DNA of 64,000 nucleotides from Minisyncoccota bacterium (GCA_041658485.1 JBBAAE010000003.1:10300-74299); one strand, 5' to 3'; positions 27,962 to 38,216 are shown, counted from the stretch's first letter. The notes: generated from the letters alone by a model not told the origin. Numbers and translations: made by a program.

Positions 27962-29089
27962 ATGAGCGCTGACCAATCCGCATACGCAAAAGCTGGAGTT
28001 GATTATACAAAGTTAGAGCCTTTCAAGCAGGCGATGATAGCAGCAGGAAAACGAACGACCTCGTTCCCTAATAAGAGAAATGTTTTTATTGCAGAAGACG
28101 TGATGCACGCACATGGTGCGGTGTATGAGTATCGGGGTACGGAGGAGCACATTTGGTGCACCACACAGGAAGGTCTTGGAAACAAAAACTGGATTGCTGA
28201 ATGGATGTATCAGCATGAAGGGACTGGCAAAACCTACTACGACGCGATTGCTATTGATACGGCGCTCATGATTGTGAACGACGTCATTGCACAAGGAGCG
28301 ATGCCAGTGGTTTTTTGTGATCACATTGATGTGGGAACGAGTGAGTGGTTTGCAGACGATAAGAGAAATAAAGATTTAGCGGAAGGTTTTTATAAAATTT
28401 GTGAAGAGGTGGGTATGGCGCTTCCTGCAGGAGAGTCAGCACCACTGAAGTACCTTTTGAAATCAGAACCTCCGGTAACATCCGCACCTTCTCTTTCAGG
28501 TTCGGTGACTGGCATCATCTCTCCAAAGAGTCGTCTTATAACCGGGAAAAAGCTTGGGGCAGGGGATCACATCATTGCTGTTGCATCGTCGGGGCTTCAT
28601 TCGAACGGCGTTTCATTAGTTATTCAAAAAGCACTTGAGCTCCCAGAAAAGTTTTTAACGAAACTCCCGAACGGCAATACACTCGGTGCAGAAGCTCTAA
28701 TTCCTACACGCTCATACGTTGCACTCATTGAAGCTCTGCTTGAAGCAGGTATTGATATTCATGCACTGTTGCCAGGGACAGGCGATGGTGTAGGTAAGCT
28801 CGCGTTTGATAAGCGAGCCTTCACATACCGTGTGCACTCGTGGCTTAAGGTTCCAGACCTCTTTATGTATTTCAAAGATGTGCTCAATGTTCCTCTCAAA
28901 GACTGCCTAAAAACTTTCAACTGGGGTGCAGGGTATTACATTTTTGCCTCGGATGAGGAGGTGGAAAAAATAATTTCCATTGGTACCAAGGCTGGTTATA
29001 CACTGGCAGACGTCGGGGTAGTAGAAGAAGGGAAGCGAGAAGTGATTTTTGAACCTGAAAATATAACCCTCCCTCCTCCTGGGGAATAA
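27962..29089 (+). CDS. purM: Phosphoribosylformylglycinamidine cyclo-ligase PurM (AIR synthase)
   Basis: YAKAGVDY, IGIDTALMIVNDVIAQGAMP, AGESAPL, IAVASSGLHSNGVSLV align with PurM motifs. Confidence 0.75.
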   Translation: MSADQSAYAKAGVDYTKLEPFKQAMIAAGKRTTSFPNKRNVFIAEDVMHAHGAVYEYRGTEEHIWCTTQEGLGNKNWIAEWMYQHEGTGKTYYDAIAIDTALMIVNDVIAQGAMPVVFCDHIDVGTSEWFADDKRNKDLAEGFYKICEEVGMALPAGESAPLKYLLKSEPPVTSAPSLSGSVTGIISPKSRLITGKKLGAGDHIIAVASSGLHSNGVSLVIQKALELPEKFLTKLPNGNTLGAEALIPTRSYVALIEALLEAGIDIHALLPGTGDGVGKLAFDKRAFTYRVHSWLKVPDLFMYFKDVLNVPLKDCLKTFNWGAGYYIFASDEEVEKIISIGTKAGYTLADVGVVEEGKREVIFEPENITLPPPGE

Positions 29090-29109
29090 AATAGGCTAAA
29101 ATAATTTAT

Positions 29110-30039
29110 ATGGATGTCATAAAAGAAACAAATTTCGAAGGACTAGGAAAGAAAACACAAGGAAAGGTGAGGGACATTTATGAACAAGAGAATCAACTTC
29201 TTTTGGTTACGACTGATAGGCACTCATCGTTCGACAGAATTATTGCGCACATTCCGCATAAAGGTGCGGTGTTGAATCTCATCAGTGCGTTTTGGTTTGA
29301 GCTTACGAAAGATATTGTTCCTAATCAGCTCATTGAAGTGCCAGACCCAAATGTGATTGTTGCAAAGCGTGCCCAGCCTTTCTTGGTGGAAGTAGTGGTT
29401 CGTGGATACCTCACGGGAGTTACTGATACCTCTATATGGACCAACTACCAGAAAGGCAAACGAGACTTTGGTGGCATCACGCTTCCTGATGGCATGACGA
29501 AAAATATGCCACTTCCTCGAGCAATCATTACACCAACAACAAAAGCTGGGCACGATGAAAACTTGGAGCTCGGAGAGGTGGTGCCCCGTGGACTTGCTAC
29601 AGAAGAACAGTGGACTGAGATGCAACGTGCTGCACTCGCACTCTTTGCTCGTGGGCAAGAGCACGCCTCGTCAAAAGGATTTATTCTTGTTGATACAAAA
29701 TATGAATTCGGACTCTTCGACGGAAAAGTAATTCTTATAGACGAAGTACATACGCCTGACAATTCACGTTATTGGCTCAAGAGCTCTTTTGAAGAGCGCA
29801 TTGCTTCGGGACAGGAGCCAATGGCATTTGATAAAGAGTTCTTGCGCATTTGGTTTAAAGAAAATTGTGACCCCTATAATGATGCCGTGCTTCCAGAGGC
29901 TCCATCTGAAATGGTGACGGAGCTTTCTCGTCGATATATTGAGATATACGAGACCCTTACAGGGGTGAAGTTTGAGGTTGATGAGAGCGTGCTACCACTG
30001 GAGCGGATGCAAAAGAATCTTGAGAAGTATATGCTGTAG
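29110..30039 (+). CDS. purC: SAICAR synthetase PurC (long eukaryote/archaea-like form)
   Basis: GKVRDIYE...LLLVTTDRHSSFDRI...VVVRGYLTG...LVDTKYEFG motifs. 309 aa. Confidence 0.85.
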   Translation: MDVIKETNFEGLGKKTQGKVRDIYEQENQLLLVTTDRHSSFDRIIAHIPHKGAVLNLISAFWFELTKDIVPNQLIEVPDPNVIVAKRAQPFLVEVVVRGYLTGVTDTSIWTNYQKGKRDFGGITLPDGMTKNMPLPRAIITPTTKAGHDENLELGEVVPRGLATEEQWTEMQRAALALFARGQEHASSKGFILVDTKYEFGLFDGKVILIDEVHTPDNSRYWLKSSFEERIASGQEPMAFDKEFLRIWFKENCDPYNDAVLPEAPSEMVTELSRRYIEIYETLTGVKFEVDESVLPLERMQKNLEKYML

Positions 30040-30044
30040 GAGGT

Positions 30045-30191
30045 ATGTCGTTTTCGCCTGAAGTATGGCGAGAAGGTTTGGCTCCAGCGGTTGTTCTTGG
30101 GGGTGTAGCAGGTGCATCCTTCTTACTTTATCTATTAGGAGGAGAGAAGGTCTCTAAGTGGCTTGAAAAGAGAAGAAAGAAGAAAAAATGA
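30045..30191 (+). CDS. Small membrane protein (48 aa) with a Lys-rich C-terminus
   Basis: ATG preceded by AGGAGG. MSFSPEVWREGLAPAVVLGGVAGASFLLYLLGGEKVSKWLEKRRKKKK. Confidence 0.35.
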   Translation: MSFSPEVWREGLAPAVVLGGVAGASFLLYLLGGEKVSKWLEKRRKKKK

Positions 30192-30297
30192 AGGATTGAC
30201 GGATGCTTTAAAAGCGGTAATAGTGTCAGTGTAGCGACTAAAAAGAGGGTATAAAGGGCACTTGACAGATATTAATTAGTCTGCTACTATATAGAAT

Positions 30298-30555
30298 ATG
30301 TTATCACCTGAAAATTTGAGACAAGATGCGCTTTTTGCTGCTGAGGTTGCCCTTCCTTTAGTTGGTGCTGTTGCACTATACGCATCGCGTACTGTAAGGG
30401 GGTTTGCCATGAAAGGGGTCGAATCAATTATTCGTGCTGGGAAAATTGAAGATGAAATGAGTACGTACCCTGAGCTCACATTAGGTGAAGCACGTGGATT
30501 TGTTACTGCCGAGGAGCAAATACAGAAAGAAGATGAGCGACGCATGGCAGTGTAA
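30298..30555 (+). CDS. Hypothetical protein
   Basis: ATG ORF of 85 aa, followed by a terminator. No recognisable domain. Confidence 0.35.
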   Translation: MLSPENLRQDALFAAEVALPLVGAVALYASRTVRGFAMKGVESIIRAGKIEDEMSTYPELTLGEARGFVTAEEQIQKEDERRMAV

Positions 30556-30595
30556 ATATACTGATTGCGTATTGGTGCTTCTCGAGGTATTCTCT

Positions 30596-30621
30596 AAAAA
30601 GCTCCGTGCGGAGCTTTTTTC
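30596..30621 (+). terminator. Rho-independent terminator
   Basis: aaaaagctccg-tg-cggagc followed by T6. Confidence 0.65.
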
Positions 30622-30626
30622 TTAGA

Positions 30627-30798
30627 GAGCTCGTCTCAAAAATAATGACTTAGCGAAAAGACGAAATTTCAGAGCGAAAAACGAGGATGAGGAAAGATTC
30701 GATGCAAAGCATCGAAGACAGACGAAACTCGTTTTGTAGCTGAAATTTCGTCTTTCTCGGTAGTCAAAGCTTCTTAAGTTTATTTTTGAGACGAGCTC
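30627..30798. repeat. 172-bp nested inverted-repeat element in the typA 5' leader
   Basis: Outer 19-bp perfect arms gagctcgtctcaaaaataa / ttatttttgagacgagctc. Inner arms gacgaaatttcag / ctgaaatttcgtc. Innermost cgatgc-aaa-gcatcg. Ends 15 bp before the typA ATG. Confidence 0.75.
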
Positions 30799-30812
30799 GT
30801 AATTCAAAACAT

Positions 30813-32594
30813 ATGGAAATACGAAACATCGCTATCATTGCCCATGTGGACCATGGGAAGACCACTCTTACCGACGCCCTTTTGAAACAAACAGGTGTGG
30901 GTGAAGAGGGGGTATCAATGGATTCAAACAAGCTTGAGCTCGAGCGCGGAATCACTATTTATGCAAAGAATGCAGCGGTTCCTTATAAGGATACAAAGAT
31001 AAACATTGTTGACACTCCAGGACACGCCGACTTCGGCTCTGAAGTTGAACGCGTACTCCGCTCCATCGATTCAGTGCTTCTCGTAGTTGATGCACAGGAA
31101 GGGCCTATGCCACAGACTCGTTTCGTATTGAAGAAGTCATTGGAGCTTGGTTTGAAGCCAATTGTTGTTTTAAATAAAATTGATAAACCAGCGGCTGACT
31201 GCGCTCGTGCAGAGGAGCAGGTTTTGGAACTTTTCTTGGAACTTGGTGCAAATGATGAACAGGCAGACTTTCCAGTGATCTATGCCATTGGTAAGCAAGG
31301 TATTGCAAAAGCAAAATTGGAAGATGATTCAAAAGATTTGACGCCACTTCTCGACGCCATTTTGAAGTATGTACCACCAGCTCCCGCAACTGCAGCTGAG
31401 GGCACACTGATGATTCAGCCATTCAACCTTGCATATGACAACTTCCTTGGTCGCATTGCAATTTGTCGCGTCTACCATGGCACTGTGACTACAGGTCAGT
31501 CAGTATTCATAAAAAAACCTGACGGAGAAATGCGCACAGGGAAAATAGTGAAAATGTTTACCTTTAAGGGCCTTCAGAGAGTTGAAGCAGAGTCGGTAGG
31601 TGCAGGTGACATCTGTATGATTGCGGGTCTTTCAGATATTTATATTGGTGAGACAGTAACAAACGACAAGGATGCACAGCCACTTCCTGCAATCACTGTT
31701 GATGAACCAACAATTCAACTCAATTTCTATCCGAACTCTTCACCATTTGCAGGTAAAGAAGGGAAATTTGTAACCACTCGCCAAATTAGAGACAGGCTTG
31801 AGAGAGAGCTTGAAGTGAATGTAGGTCTCAAGGTTGATTTCTCTTCAGGTGAAACATTTTTGGTGTCTGGTCGTGGAGAGCTTCATATTGCAATCTTGCT
31901 TGAGAATATGCGTCGTGAAGGTTTCGAACTCCAAGTCTCACAACCGAAAGTAATCATTCGAGAAGAAAATGGTCAGAAGATGGAACCGTTTGAAGAGGTT
32001 ACTGTTGATTCTCCATCAGAATTCCAAGGTCCTATTATTGAGCGCCTCGGTGTTCGTGCATTCGTAATGCAAAACATGGTTACTCATGGCAACTCAGTTC
32101 GTCTTACATTTGAAGGTCCTACTCGTGGCCTTCTTGGATTCCGTAATCAGTTCATCATTGATACTAAAGGTGAGGGAATACTTTCGTCACGCTTTATTGG
32201 CTTCAAACCATACGCAGGTGAAATCAAGAAGCGTTCAGTAGGTTCTATGATTTCTATGGCAGCAGGAAAGGCTCTTGGATTTTCACTTTGGAACTTGCAG
32301 GATCGTGGCACGCTCTACATTGGTCCTACTACAGAAGTGTATGAAGGTATGGTGGTGGGTAATACTTCAAAGGGTGAAGAGATGTCAGTGAACCCAACAA
32401 AAGGAAAACAGCTCACCAACATGCGTGCATCAGGCTCCGACGAAGCAATCAACATCACCCCTCCCTTTACACTTTCTATTGAGCGCGGTCTTGAAATAAT
32501 GTCTGACGATGAATTTTTGGAAATCACCCCTCTCAATATTCGTCTTCGCAAGCAATTTTTGTCTGAAAGCGAGCGAGCGAAAGCAAAACGATAA
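30813..32594 (+). CDS. typA: Translational GTPase TypA/BipA
   Basis: [31 protein letters not shown]-domain motifs plus EF-G-like domains. 594 aa from the ATG at 30813. Confidence 0.9.
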   Translation: MEIRNIAIIAHVDHGKTTLTDALLKQTGVGEEGVSMDSNKLELERGITIYAKNAAVPYKDTKINIVDTPGHADFGSEVERVLRSIDSVLLVVDAQEGPMPQTRFVLKKSLELGLKPIVVLNKIDKPAADCARAEEQVLELFLELGANDEQADFPVIYAIGKQGIAKAKLEDDSKDLTPLLDAILKYVPPAPATAAEGTLMIQPFNLAYDNFLGRIAICRVYHGTVTTGQSVFIKKPDGEMRTGKIVKMFTFKGLQRVEAESVGAGDICMIAGLSDIYIGETVTNDKDAQPLPAITVDEPTIQLNFYPNSSPFAGKEGKFVTTRQIRDRLERELEVNVGLKVDFSSGETFLVSGRGELHIAILLENMRREGFELQVSQPKVIIREENGQKMEPFEEVTVDSPSEFQGPIIERLGVRAFVMQNMVTHGNSVRLTFEGPTRGLLGFRNQFIIDTKGEGILSSRFIGFKPYAGEIKKRSVGSMISMAAGKALGFSLWNLQDRGTLYIGPTTEVYEGMVVGNTSKGEEMSVNPTKGKQLTNMRASGSDEAINITPPFTLSIERGLEIMSDDEFLEITPLNIRLRKQFLSESERAKAKR

Positions 32595-32656
32595 AGAGAT
32601 CTCTTTGTAGGCAGATGTCCCGCTACCGTGTGGGAGTATAAGGGTATACTGTTTCT

Positions 32657-33220
32657 ATGAAAAAAGTTTTGATATTGGTCATTCTCGTGGGTGTTTTTGT
32701 TGCTGGATTTTTTATGTGGAATCAGCGTTCTTCTTTTTTACCAGTAGCAGAGGGTATGCGTGTATACACGAATCATGGTGTTTCTTTTTCATATCCAACG
32801 CATTATTTCCTAGAAGAGAAAGTTAGTGAAAATGCCAAGCGTACCCACTACTCAATAATTCTCACTGAAGATACAGAAGAAAATAAAGCCGTGCGAGAGG
32901 GGAGAGCGCCGGGGCGTGAAGGCCCAACCGCTATCACAATTGATGTATTTCAAAATGATCTCGATCATTTGACGGCGGAAGAATGGATTAAACACGTGAG
33001 TAGTTCAAATTACTCTTTGTCAGTTGACTCTATTTTGACACCACGGCGTGTTGGCACTATTTCAGGTTTTGCATACCGTTGGTCAGGCCTCTATGAAGCC
33101 AAAGCGGTTGTTGTAGCAAATGATTCATTTCTCTACGCATTTACCGCAACCTACCTCACACCAAATGATGTAATTCTTAAAGATTTTGAGGAAATACTTG
33201 GGAACGTGAAGTTCAATTAA
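32657..33220 (+). CDS. Hypothetical membrane-anchored extracytoplasmic protein
   Basis: N-terminal TM (VLILVILVGVFVAGFFMW) then a soluble domain. Confidence 0.4.
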   Translation: MKKVLILVILVGVFVAGFFMWNQRSSFLPVAEGMRVYTNHGVSFSYPTHYFLEEKVSENAKRTHYSIILTEDTEENKAVREGRAPGREGPTAITIDVFQNDLDHLTAEEWIKHVSSSNYSLSVDSILTPRRVGTISGFAYRWSGLYEAKAVVVANDSFLYAFTATYLTPNDVILKDFEEILGNVKFN

Positions 33221-33235
33221 TTAGGGGTATACTAT

Positions 33236-33637
33236 TTGTATATGAAAAAGAAAACTATCCTCATTGTTGTCGCCGTCGTTATTGTTTTGGTGCTCGGAGG
33301 GCTAGTTTCATATCAATCATATAAATCCGCAGGTCCAGCACTGTCTAGTGAACTCGATGGCTTCGCAACATGCTTGAAAGATAAAGGTGCAATCTTTTAT
33401 GGTGCATTTTGGTGCCCTCACTGCCAAGCGACGAAGAAAATTTTTGGTGCATCAGCAAAGTTGCTCCCGTATGTTGAGTGTTCTACTCCAGATGGAGAGC
33501 GACAGACACAGGAGTGTATCGACAAGGGAATCAAGCAATATCCAACATGGGTTTTTGCAGACGGAAGTCAGCTCACTGGTGAGAGAACGCTTGCGGAGCT
33601 TGCTGAAAAAACAAGCTGTGAACTTCCAGTCAAGTAA
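33236..33637 (+). CDS. Membrane-anchored thioredoxin-like protein (DsbA-like oxidoreductase)
   Basis: N-terminal TM plus a WCPHC active site and a second Cys pair. Adjacent to a DsbB-family gene. Confidence 0.6.
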   Translation: MYMKKKTILIVVAVVIVLVLGGLVSYQSYKSAGPALSSELDGFATCLKDKGAIFYGAFWCPHCQATKKIFGASAKLLPYVECSTPDGERQTQECIDKGIKQYPTWVFADGSQLTGERTLAELAEKTSCELPVK

Positions 33638-33640
33638 TTT

Positions 33641-34261
33641 ATGGCTACTTTAGAGACGCTCAACTACTTGATTGCACTTGGTACCGTTCTGATGCAAGTG
33701 GCAACGGTTGCGCTTCTAGTTATTTTTTTCTTTAGGAAAAGTGCGTGGGCGCTACGTATTACAAAAATCGTTAGCGATTCAGGGCTGTGGTTTTCACTAC
33801 TTCTAGTCATAGCAGGTACGGCATTAAGTCTTGTATATTCAGAGTATTTTGGCATTTTGCCATGCGGACTTTGTTGGGTTCAAAGAGTATTTCTCTATCC
33901 GCAGGTTGTCTTGTTTGCGCTCGCTACATGGAAGAAAAGCGAACTGCTTCGCTTTTCTTCCGGTGGCGAAGCCAAGCGCCAATATTCGCAAAGCGAAAAG
34001 GTGCTAGGAGGGACGAATGATCACTTTATTGCAGATTACTCAATTGTGCTTTCGGTGTTAGGTGGGGTAGTTGCTCTCTATCAACATTACTTGCAAATGG
34101 GTGGTACGAGCACATTGCCATGCCCAGCGTCTGGCGTTGCGGATTGCGCAAAGAGATTCCTCTTTGAGTTTGATTACATTACATTCCCACTCGTTGCATT
34201 TTCCTCATTTGCACTCCTTTTTGTCATCATGCTTTTTGTACGACAAAATCGAACTGCGTAA
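33641..34261 (+). CDS. Disulfide bond formation protein B (DsbB/BdbC family)
   Basis: 4 TM helices with Cys pairs in both outer loops (CGLCWVQR; CPASGVADC). Confidence 0.65.
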   Translation: MATLETLNYLIALGTVLMQVATVALLVIFFFRKSAWALRITKIVSDSGLWFSLLLVIAGTALSLVYSEYFGILPCGLCWVQRVFLYPQVVLFALATWKKSELLRFSSGGEAKRQYSQSEKVLGGTNDHFIADYSIVLSVLGGVVALYQHYLQMGGTSTLPCPASGVADCAKRFLFEFDYITFPLVAFSSFALLFVIMLFVRQNRTA

Positions 34262-34272
34262 TTTAGTTACGT

Positions 34273-34716
34273 ATGCACATTAAAGAACTCGGGCATGTAG
34301 TGCTGTATGTTTCCAACCTTGAGCTGTTGGCGAATTTTTATAGGGATACTTTGGGTTTTACTGAAATCGCTCGAGAAGGGGGAGTCGCTGTTTTTTCTTC
34401 TGGACGCACGCACCATGAACTTCTTTTGATTGATATAGGAAAAGAACCAAAACCAAAGGAAGTTATTGAAACTGGCTTGTACCATATTGGTTTCAAAGTT
34501 GCTGATACCACGGAGGAATTAAAACAAGTGTATAAGGAGTTGAAAGCAAAGGGTGTTGAAATAATTGGCATGTCCGACCACACCGTTACTCATTCGCTGT
34601 ATATCCTTGACCCTGACGGGAATGAACTGGAACTCTATGCAGATGTGAGTGACATTTGGAAGAAAGACTCCCGTGCAGTTATGAGCCCAACTCGCTTTCT
34701 CAGCCTTGACGAATAG
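34273..34716 (+). CDS. VOC-family protein (glyoxalase/bleomycin-resistance/dioxygenase fold)
   Basis: LGHVVLYVSNLELLANFYRDTLGF...HIGFKV...LYILDPDGNELEL are VOC motifs. Confidence 0.7.
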   Translation: MHIKELGHVVLYVSNLELLANFYRDTLGFTEIAREGGVAVFSSGRTHHELLLIDIGKEPKPKEVIETGLYHIGFKVADTTEELKQVYKELKAKGVEIIGMSDHTVTHSLYILDPDGNELELYADVSDIWKKDSRAVMSPTRFLSLDE

Positions 34717-34936
34717 GCTTTTCTAGGATATAGTAAACACGTACTCATTTTCTCCATTCGCTTTTAGAGGTTTTCCTCTCACAGAGCCTTTGGAAATAAG
34801 GGTCTGCTTAGAGCAGAATCCAAGGGCGCTGTATTGATCTTTATTTCAATAGTAATGCGCATGTGTGAGATACACGCTTGCATATCGTAAGCGCATCTGG
34901 CGATTTTTTTCGTCGTTATTATTGAAATAAAATTAT

Positions 34937-36415
34937 ATGTATAACTCAGATAGTAATAGTAAAGGTAAGTTTTCACGTGCTCCGCGAACTTCTCGAGGAG
35001 ATTCTTTTCATGCGCCAAGTGGTCAACGAAGTGCATCACGCGCGCCATATAGCGGTGCGTCTGGTCCCAGTAGGTCTTCTTTTGCACCAAGCGCTCGTCC
35101 GTATCAAGGAGGAGGTCGTTCAAGTGGAGGAAGTGGTGCTCGCCCATACCAAGGCGGAAGCTCTCGTCCTTATCAGGGCGGTGGTAGCCGACCGCCATAC
35201 AGAGGCGGTGGTGGATCGCGTTTTGGTGGGGGAGGTGGCAGTCGTTACGGCGGAGGCGGTGGAGGTAGAGGGGGAGGAGGTCGCTCATTCGATAAATACA
35301 TTGATGCATCTCGCTTTGTAAACAAGGCAGTTATTACAGAAAAAGTAGAACACTTCGTTCCTGAACACGCATTTGCTGATTTCAAGGTAGATGAACGACT
35401 GAAGACTGCTATTAGCAAAAAAGGATACGTTCTTCCTACGCCCATTCAAGACAAAGCTATTCCTCATATTCTTCGCGGTGAAGATGTAGTTGGTATTGCA
35501 AACACTGGTACTGGAAAAACAGCGGCATTTTTGATTCCGCTCATTGACAAGATGCTGAAAAATCCTGAGGAAGAAATACTCATTATGGTTCCTACACGTG
35601 AACTCGCACTCCAGATTGAACAAGAGTTCCGTGGATTTGCTCCCGGACTTCGTTTGTACTCAGCGTGTTTCGTAGGAGGTGTCTACATTGGTAAAGATTT
35701 GCAGAAGCTTCGCCAGAGAAACAATCTTGTGATTGGTACACCTGGGCGCTTGAAAGACTTGGTAGAGAGACGCGCACTTAATCTTTCAAAATTCAAGACC
35801 GTAGTACTCGATGAAGCAGATCGCATGCTCGACATGGGCTTCATTGCTGATATGCGCTTCATGCTTTCAAAGATGGAACCAGTGCGTCATACGCTTTTCT
35901 TCTCGGCAACTTTGACTAAAGAAATTGAAAAACTGATTAAGGATTTCTTGACCAATCCAGTTACTATTTCAGTGAAAACACAAGAAACAGCTGAATCTAT
36001 TGATCAGGATGTGGTTAAGGTGAGCTCTGATGAGACAAAAATAGATGTCTTGCTAAATCTTTTGAAGCAACCTGAATTCGACAAAGTGCTTGTCTTCGGA
36101 AAGACGAAGCATGGAGTTGAAAAACTTGCGAAAGCGCTCGTTGCGATGGGGGTGAAGGCTGAATCTATTCACGGAAACAAAACTCACGGAAAGCGACAAA
36201 AAGCATTGGATCTTTTCAAACGAGATCAAGTGCAAGTGCTTGTGGCAACTGATGTTGCTGCACGAGGTCTCGACATCGTCGGTGTTTCTCATGTCATCAA
36301 CTTCGACATTCCTTCAACCTATGAAGATTATGTGCACCGCATTGGACGTACTGGTAGAGGTGGCAAGAAAGGGAAAGCGCTTACTTTCGTTGAGCAGAAG
36401 GGCGGACGCCGTTAA
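34937..36415 (+). CDS. DEAD-box ATP-dependent RNA helicase with a roughly 110-aa N-terminal RGG/YQGG low-complexity tail
   Basis: N-terminus ARPYQGGG...SRPYQGGGSRPPYRGGGGSRFGGGGG..., then Q-motif F..F, AxTGTGKT, DEAD (VLDEADRML), SAT, HRIGRTGR. Confidence 0.9.
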   Translation: MYNSDSNSKGKFSRAPRTSRGDSFHAPSGQRSASRAPYSGASGPSRSSFAPSARPYQGGGRSSGGSGARPYQGGSSRPYQGGGSRPPYRGGGGSRFGGGGGSRYGGGGGGRGGGGRSFDKYIDASRFVNKAVITEKVEHFVPEHAFADFKVDERLKTAISKKGYVLPTPIQDKAIPHILRGEDVVGIANTGTGKTAAFLIPLIDKMLKNPEEEILIMVPTRELALQIEQEFRGFAPGLRLYSACFVGGVYIGKDLQKLRQRNNLVIGTPGRLKDLVERRALNLSKFKTVVLDEADRMLDMGFIADMRFMLSKMEPVRHTLFFSATLTKEIEKLIKDFLTNPVTISVKTQETAESIDQDVVKVSSDETKIDVLLNLLKQPEFDKVLVFGKTKHGVEKLAKALVAMGVKAESIHGNKTHGKRQKALDLFKRDQVQVLVATDVAARGLDIVGVSHVINFDIPSTYEDYVHRIGRTGRGGKKGKALTFVEQKGGRR

Positions 36416-36645
36416 TTTTGTCTTCACTCTTTGACTTACGGTGAGTCAGCACGTATGATGAAAAAAGTCGCACGCTCTTAGCAGTCTAAAAAATAATCTA
36501 TCTACAAGTATGGATACAGATACACCAGTAGTGCCAGATGTTCCTATGGAACCTGCACACGAAGTACCAGCTCCTGCAATGCCGGAAGTAGCGCCAGAAG
36601 CGCCAACTCCAGCTACTGAAGGTACAGTAGCGTAGTCTTTAAAAA

Positions 36646-36679
36646 AGCGAGGCTGGGGAAACCCAGTCTCGCTTTTTTT
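36646..36679 (+). terminator. Rho-independent terminator
   Basis: agcgaggctggg-gaaa-cccagtctcgct followed by T7. Confidence 0.65.
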
Positions 36680-36752
36680 GTGTACGATGTTGCTTTTTCG
36701 ATTGCATAATTGTTTTCATCCTTAAGGCAGTGTATCCTTTAGTGAAAGGTAT

Positions 36753-36914
36753 ATGGCTGAAACTGGTGGTGCATTAGAAAAACTGAAAGTACCCCAACGC
36801 CCACGCTTTGTTTGTGAGGGATGTGATATGGCTGTGTATTTGGAAGATCCATGTCCACAATGTGATTTTGAAGAATACAGGAAAACATTACGAGCTTCAG
36901 GTAATAAGGAATAA
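36753..36914 (+). CDS. Small zinc-ribbon protein (53 aa)
   Basis: ATG..TAA ORF MAETGGALEKLKVPQRPRFVCEGCDMAVYLEDPCPQCDFEEYRKTLRASGNKE with CxxC...CxxC. Confidence 0.35.
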   Translation: MAETGGALEKLKVPQRPRFVCEGCDMAVYLEDPCPQCDFEEYRKTLRASGNKE

Positions 36915-36924
36915 CTAATTTTTT

Positions 36925-37383
36925 ATGAAAAAATACATTTTTGCCTTCTTACTACTTGTACTTCTTGGAGTGGGTGCATACTTTCTCTACCCACTTCTAG
37001 CGCATGCTCCTGCCTCTACTACTTCTACACAAACAAGTGCCCCAACATATGTGCGTGCATCAGCTAACGACATAGTTGTTGCTTCACCAAAACCAGATGA
37101 AACCCTAGGTTCCATCGTTGATGTTTCAGGGCGTGCTCGGGGAACTTGGTACTTTGAAGCAAGTTTTCCTGTTGAAGTTGTTGATGACAAAGGTGCAGTG
37201 CTTGGGCGGGGGATAGCAACTGCACAAGACGAGTGGATGACAGAAGAGTTTGTTCCTTTCACTGCAACAATTACACTCACCACTCCTTATACTGGTCCAG
37301 CAATGCTCATCCTCAAAAAAGACAATCCATCGGGTGAGTCATCTCGTGATGCTTCTATTTCTATACCAGTACTAATTCAATAG
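36925..37383 (+). CDS. Secreted Gmad2-like immunoglobulin-like domain protein
   Basis: TM/signal then GTWYFEASFPVEVVDDKGAVLG...WMTEEFVPFTATITL, the Gmad2 pattern. Confidence 0.5.
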   Translation: MKKYIFAFLLLVLLGVGAYFLYPLLAHAPASTTSTQTSAPTYVRASANDIVVASPKPDETLGSIVDVSGRARGTWYFEASFPVEVVDDKGAVLGRGIATAQDEWMTEEFVPFTATITLTTPYTGPAMLILKKDNPSGESSRDASISIPVLIQ

Positions 37384-37392
37384 TACTTTTCT

Positions 37393-37767
37393 ATGCACGA
37401 CATTGCGCACACAAAGTACCGAGCAATAATTGTTGCGTTTATTGTTTTATTTGTTGCTATTCTTATTCTTGCGGTCTGGCCCGATGTGAGGCGCACAGAG
37501 AGCGAGACTGAAAAAGAGAAGGCTACTATCCTTGCGAAAGCAATGTATCAGTGCAGAGATGGGAAAAGTGTGTACGCTGTGTATGTTGAAGGTGCGGTAA
37601 AACTTGAGCTCAGTGATTTGCGCGCTCGCACGCTTCCCCAGACAGTTGCGGGGTCTGGGGCTCGGTACGCCACCTTAAATGGAGGCTTCGTATTTTGGAG
37701 CAAAGGCGATACTGCATTTATACAGGAAAATAATATTTTGACTTTTACTGATTGCATACGCTCATGA
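37393..37767 (+). CDS. MliC-family protein (membrane-bound lysozyme inhibitor of C-type lysozyme)
   Basis: TM anchor then CRDGKSVYAVY...SGARYATLNGGFVFWSKGDTAF...C, the MliC signature SGxxY...W.KG with a conserved Cys pair. Confidence 0.55.
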   Translation: MHDIAHTKYRAIIVAFIVLFVAILILAVWPDVRRTESETEKEKATILAKAMYQCRDGKSVYAVYVEGAVKLELSDLRARTLPQTVAGSGARYATLNGGFVFWSKGDTAFIQENNILTFTDCIRS

Positions 37768-38216
37768 TGATTCATCCTGCCTTCGTTCACTTCCCACTCG
37801 CACTGCTTACACTATATGTGTTTTTGGAGCTTGTGCCTCTCTCAAAATTTTTTCCAAAGGTTAGGTTGGATCAGGTGAAGTATTTTCTTTTATATGTTGG
37901 AACACTCTCTATTTTCCCTGCTATTGTAACGGGCATAATTGCAGAGGGGTTGGTGGGGGAGAATGTTGTTCTTTCTGCCCATAAGGCGGGAGCAATGGCG
38001 ATACTGCTCATTTTCTTGGTTTCTGCCCTTCTTGCACTATGGAATCAGTTCTACTTGTTTCCTCGTCCGGAGCTCTTTCGGATAGCACAAAAATTACTCG
38101 CAATCTTCGGGATGATTGCTCTTGTGGTGCAGGGAGCCTTGGGTGCAGCGATGGTGTATGGATATACTGCCGACCCTATTACGAGATTCGTCAGTTCATT
38201 TTTAGGTTTTCATTAG
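37752..38216 (+). CDS. DUF2231-like polytopic membrane protein
   Basis: HPAFVHFPLALL N-terminal motif, 4 TM helices. Confidence 0.45.
   Translation: MHTLMMIHPAFVHFPLALLTLYVFLELVPLSKFFPKVRLDQVKYFLLYVGTLSIFPAIVTGIIAEGLVGENVVLSAHKAGAMAILLIFLVSALLALWNQFYLFPRPELFRIAQKLLAIFGMIALVVQGALGAAMVYGYTADPITRFVSSFLGFH

Noticed and set aside
34779-35321. ORFs 34779..35309 (-) and 34977..35321 (+) overlapping the 5' part of the DEAD-box gene
   Set aside because: They arise from the GC-rich repetitive RGG-coding region in alternative frames. The DEAD-box frame is unambiguous.
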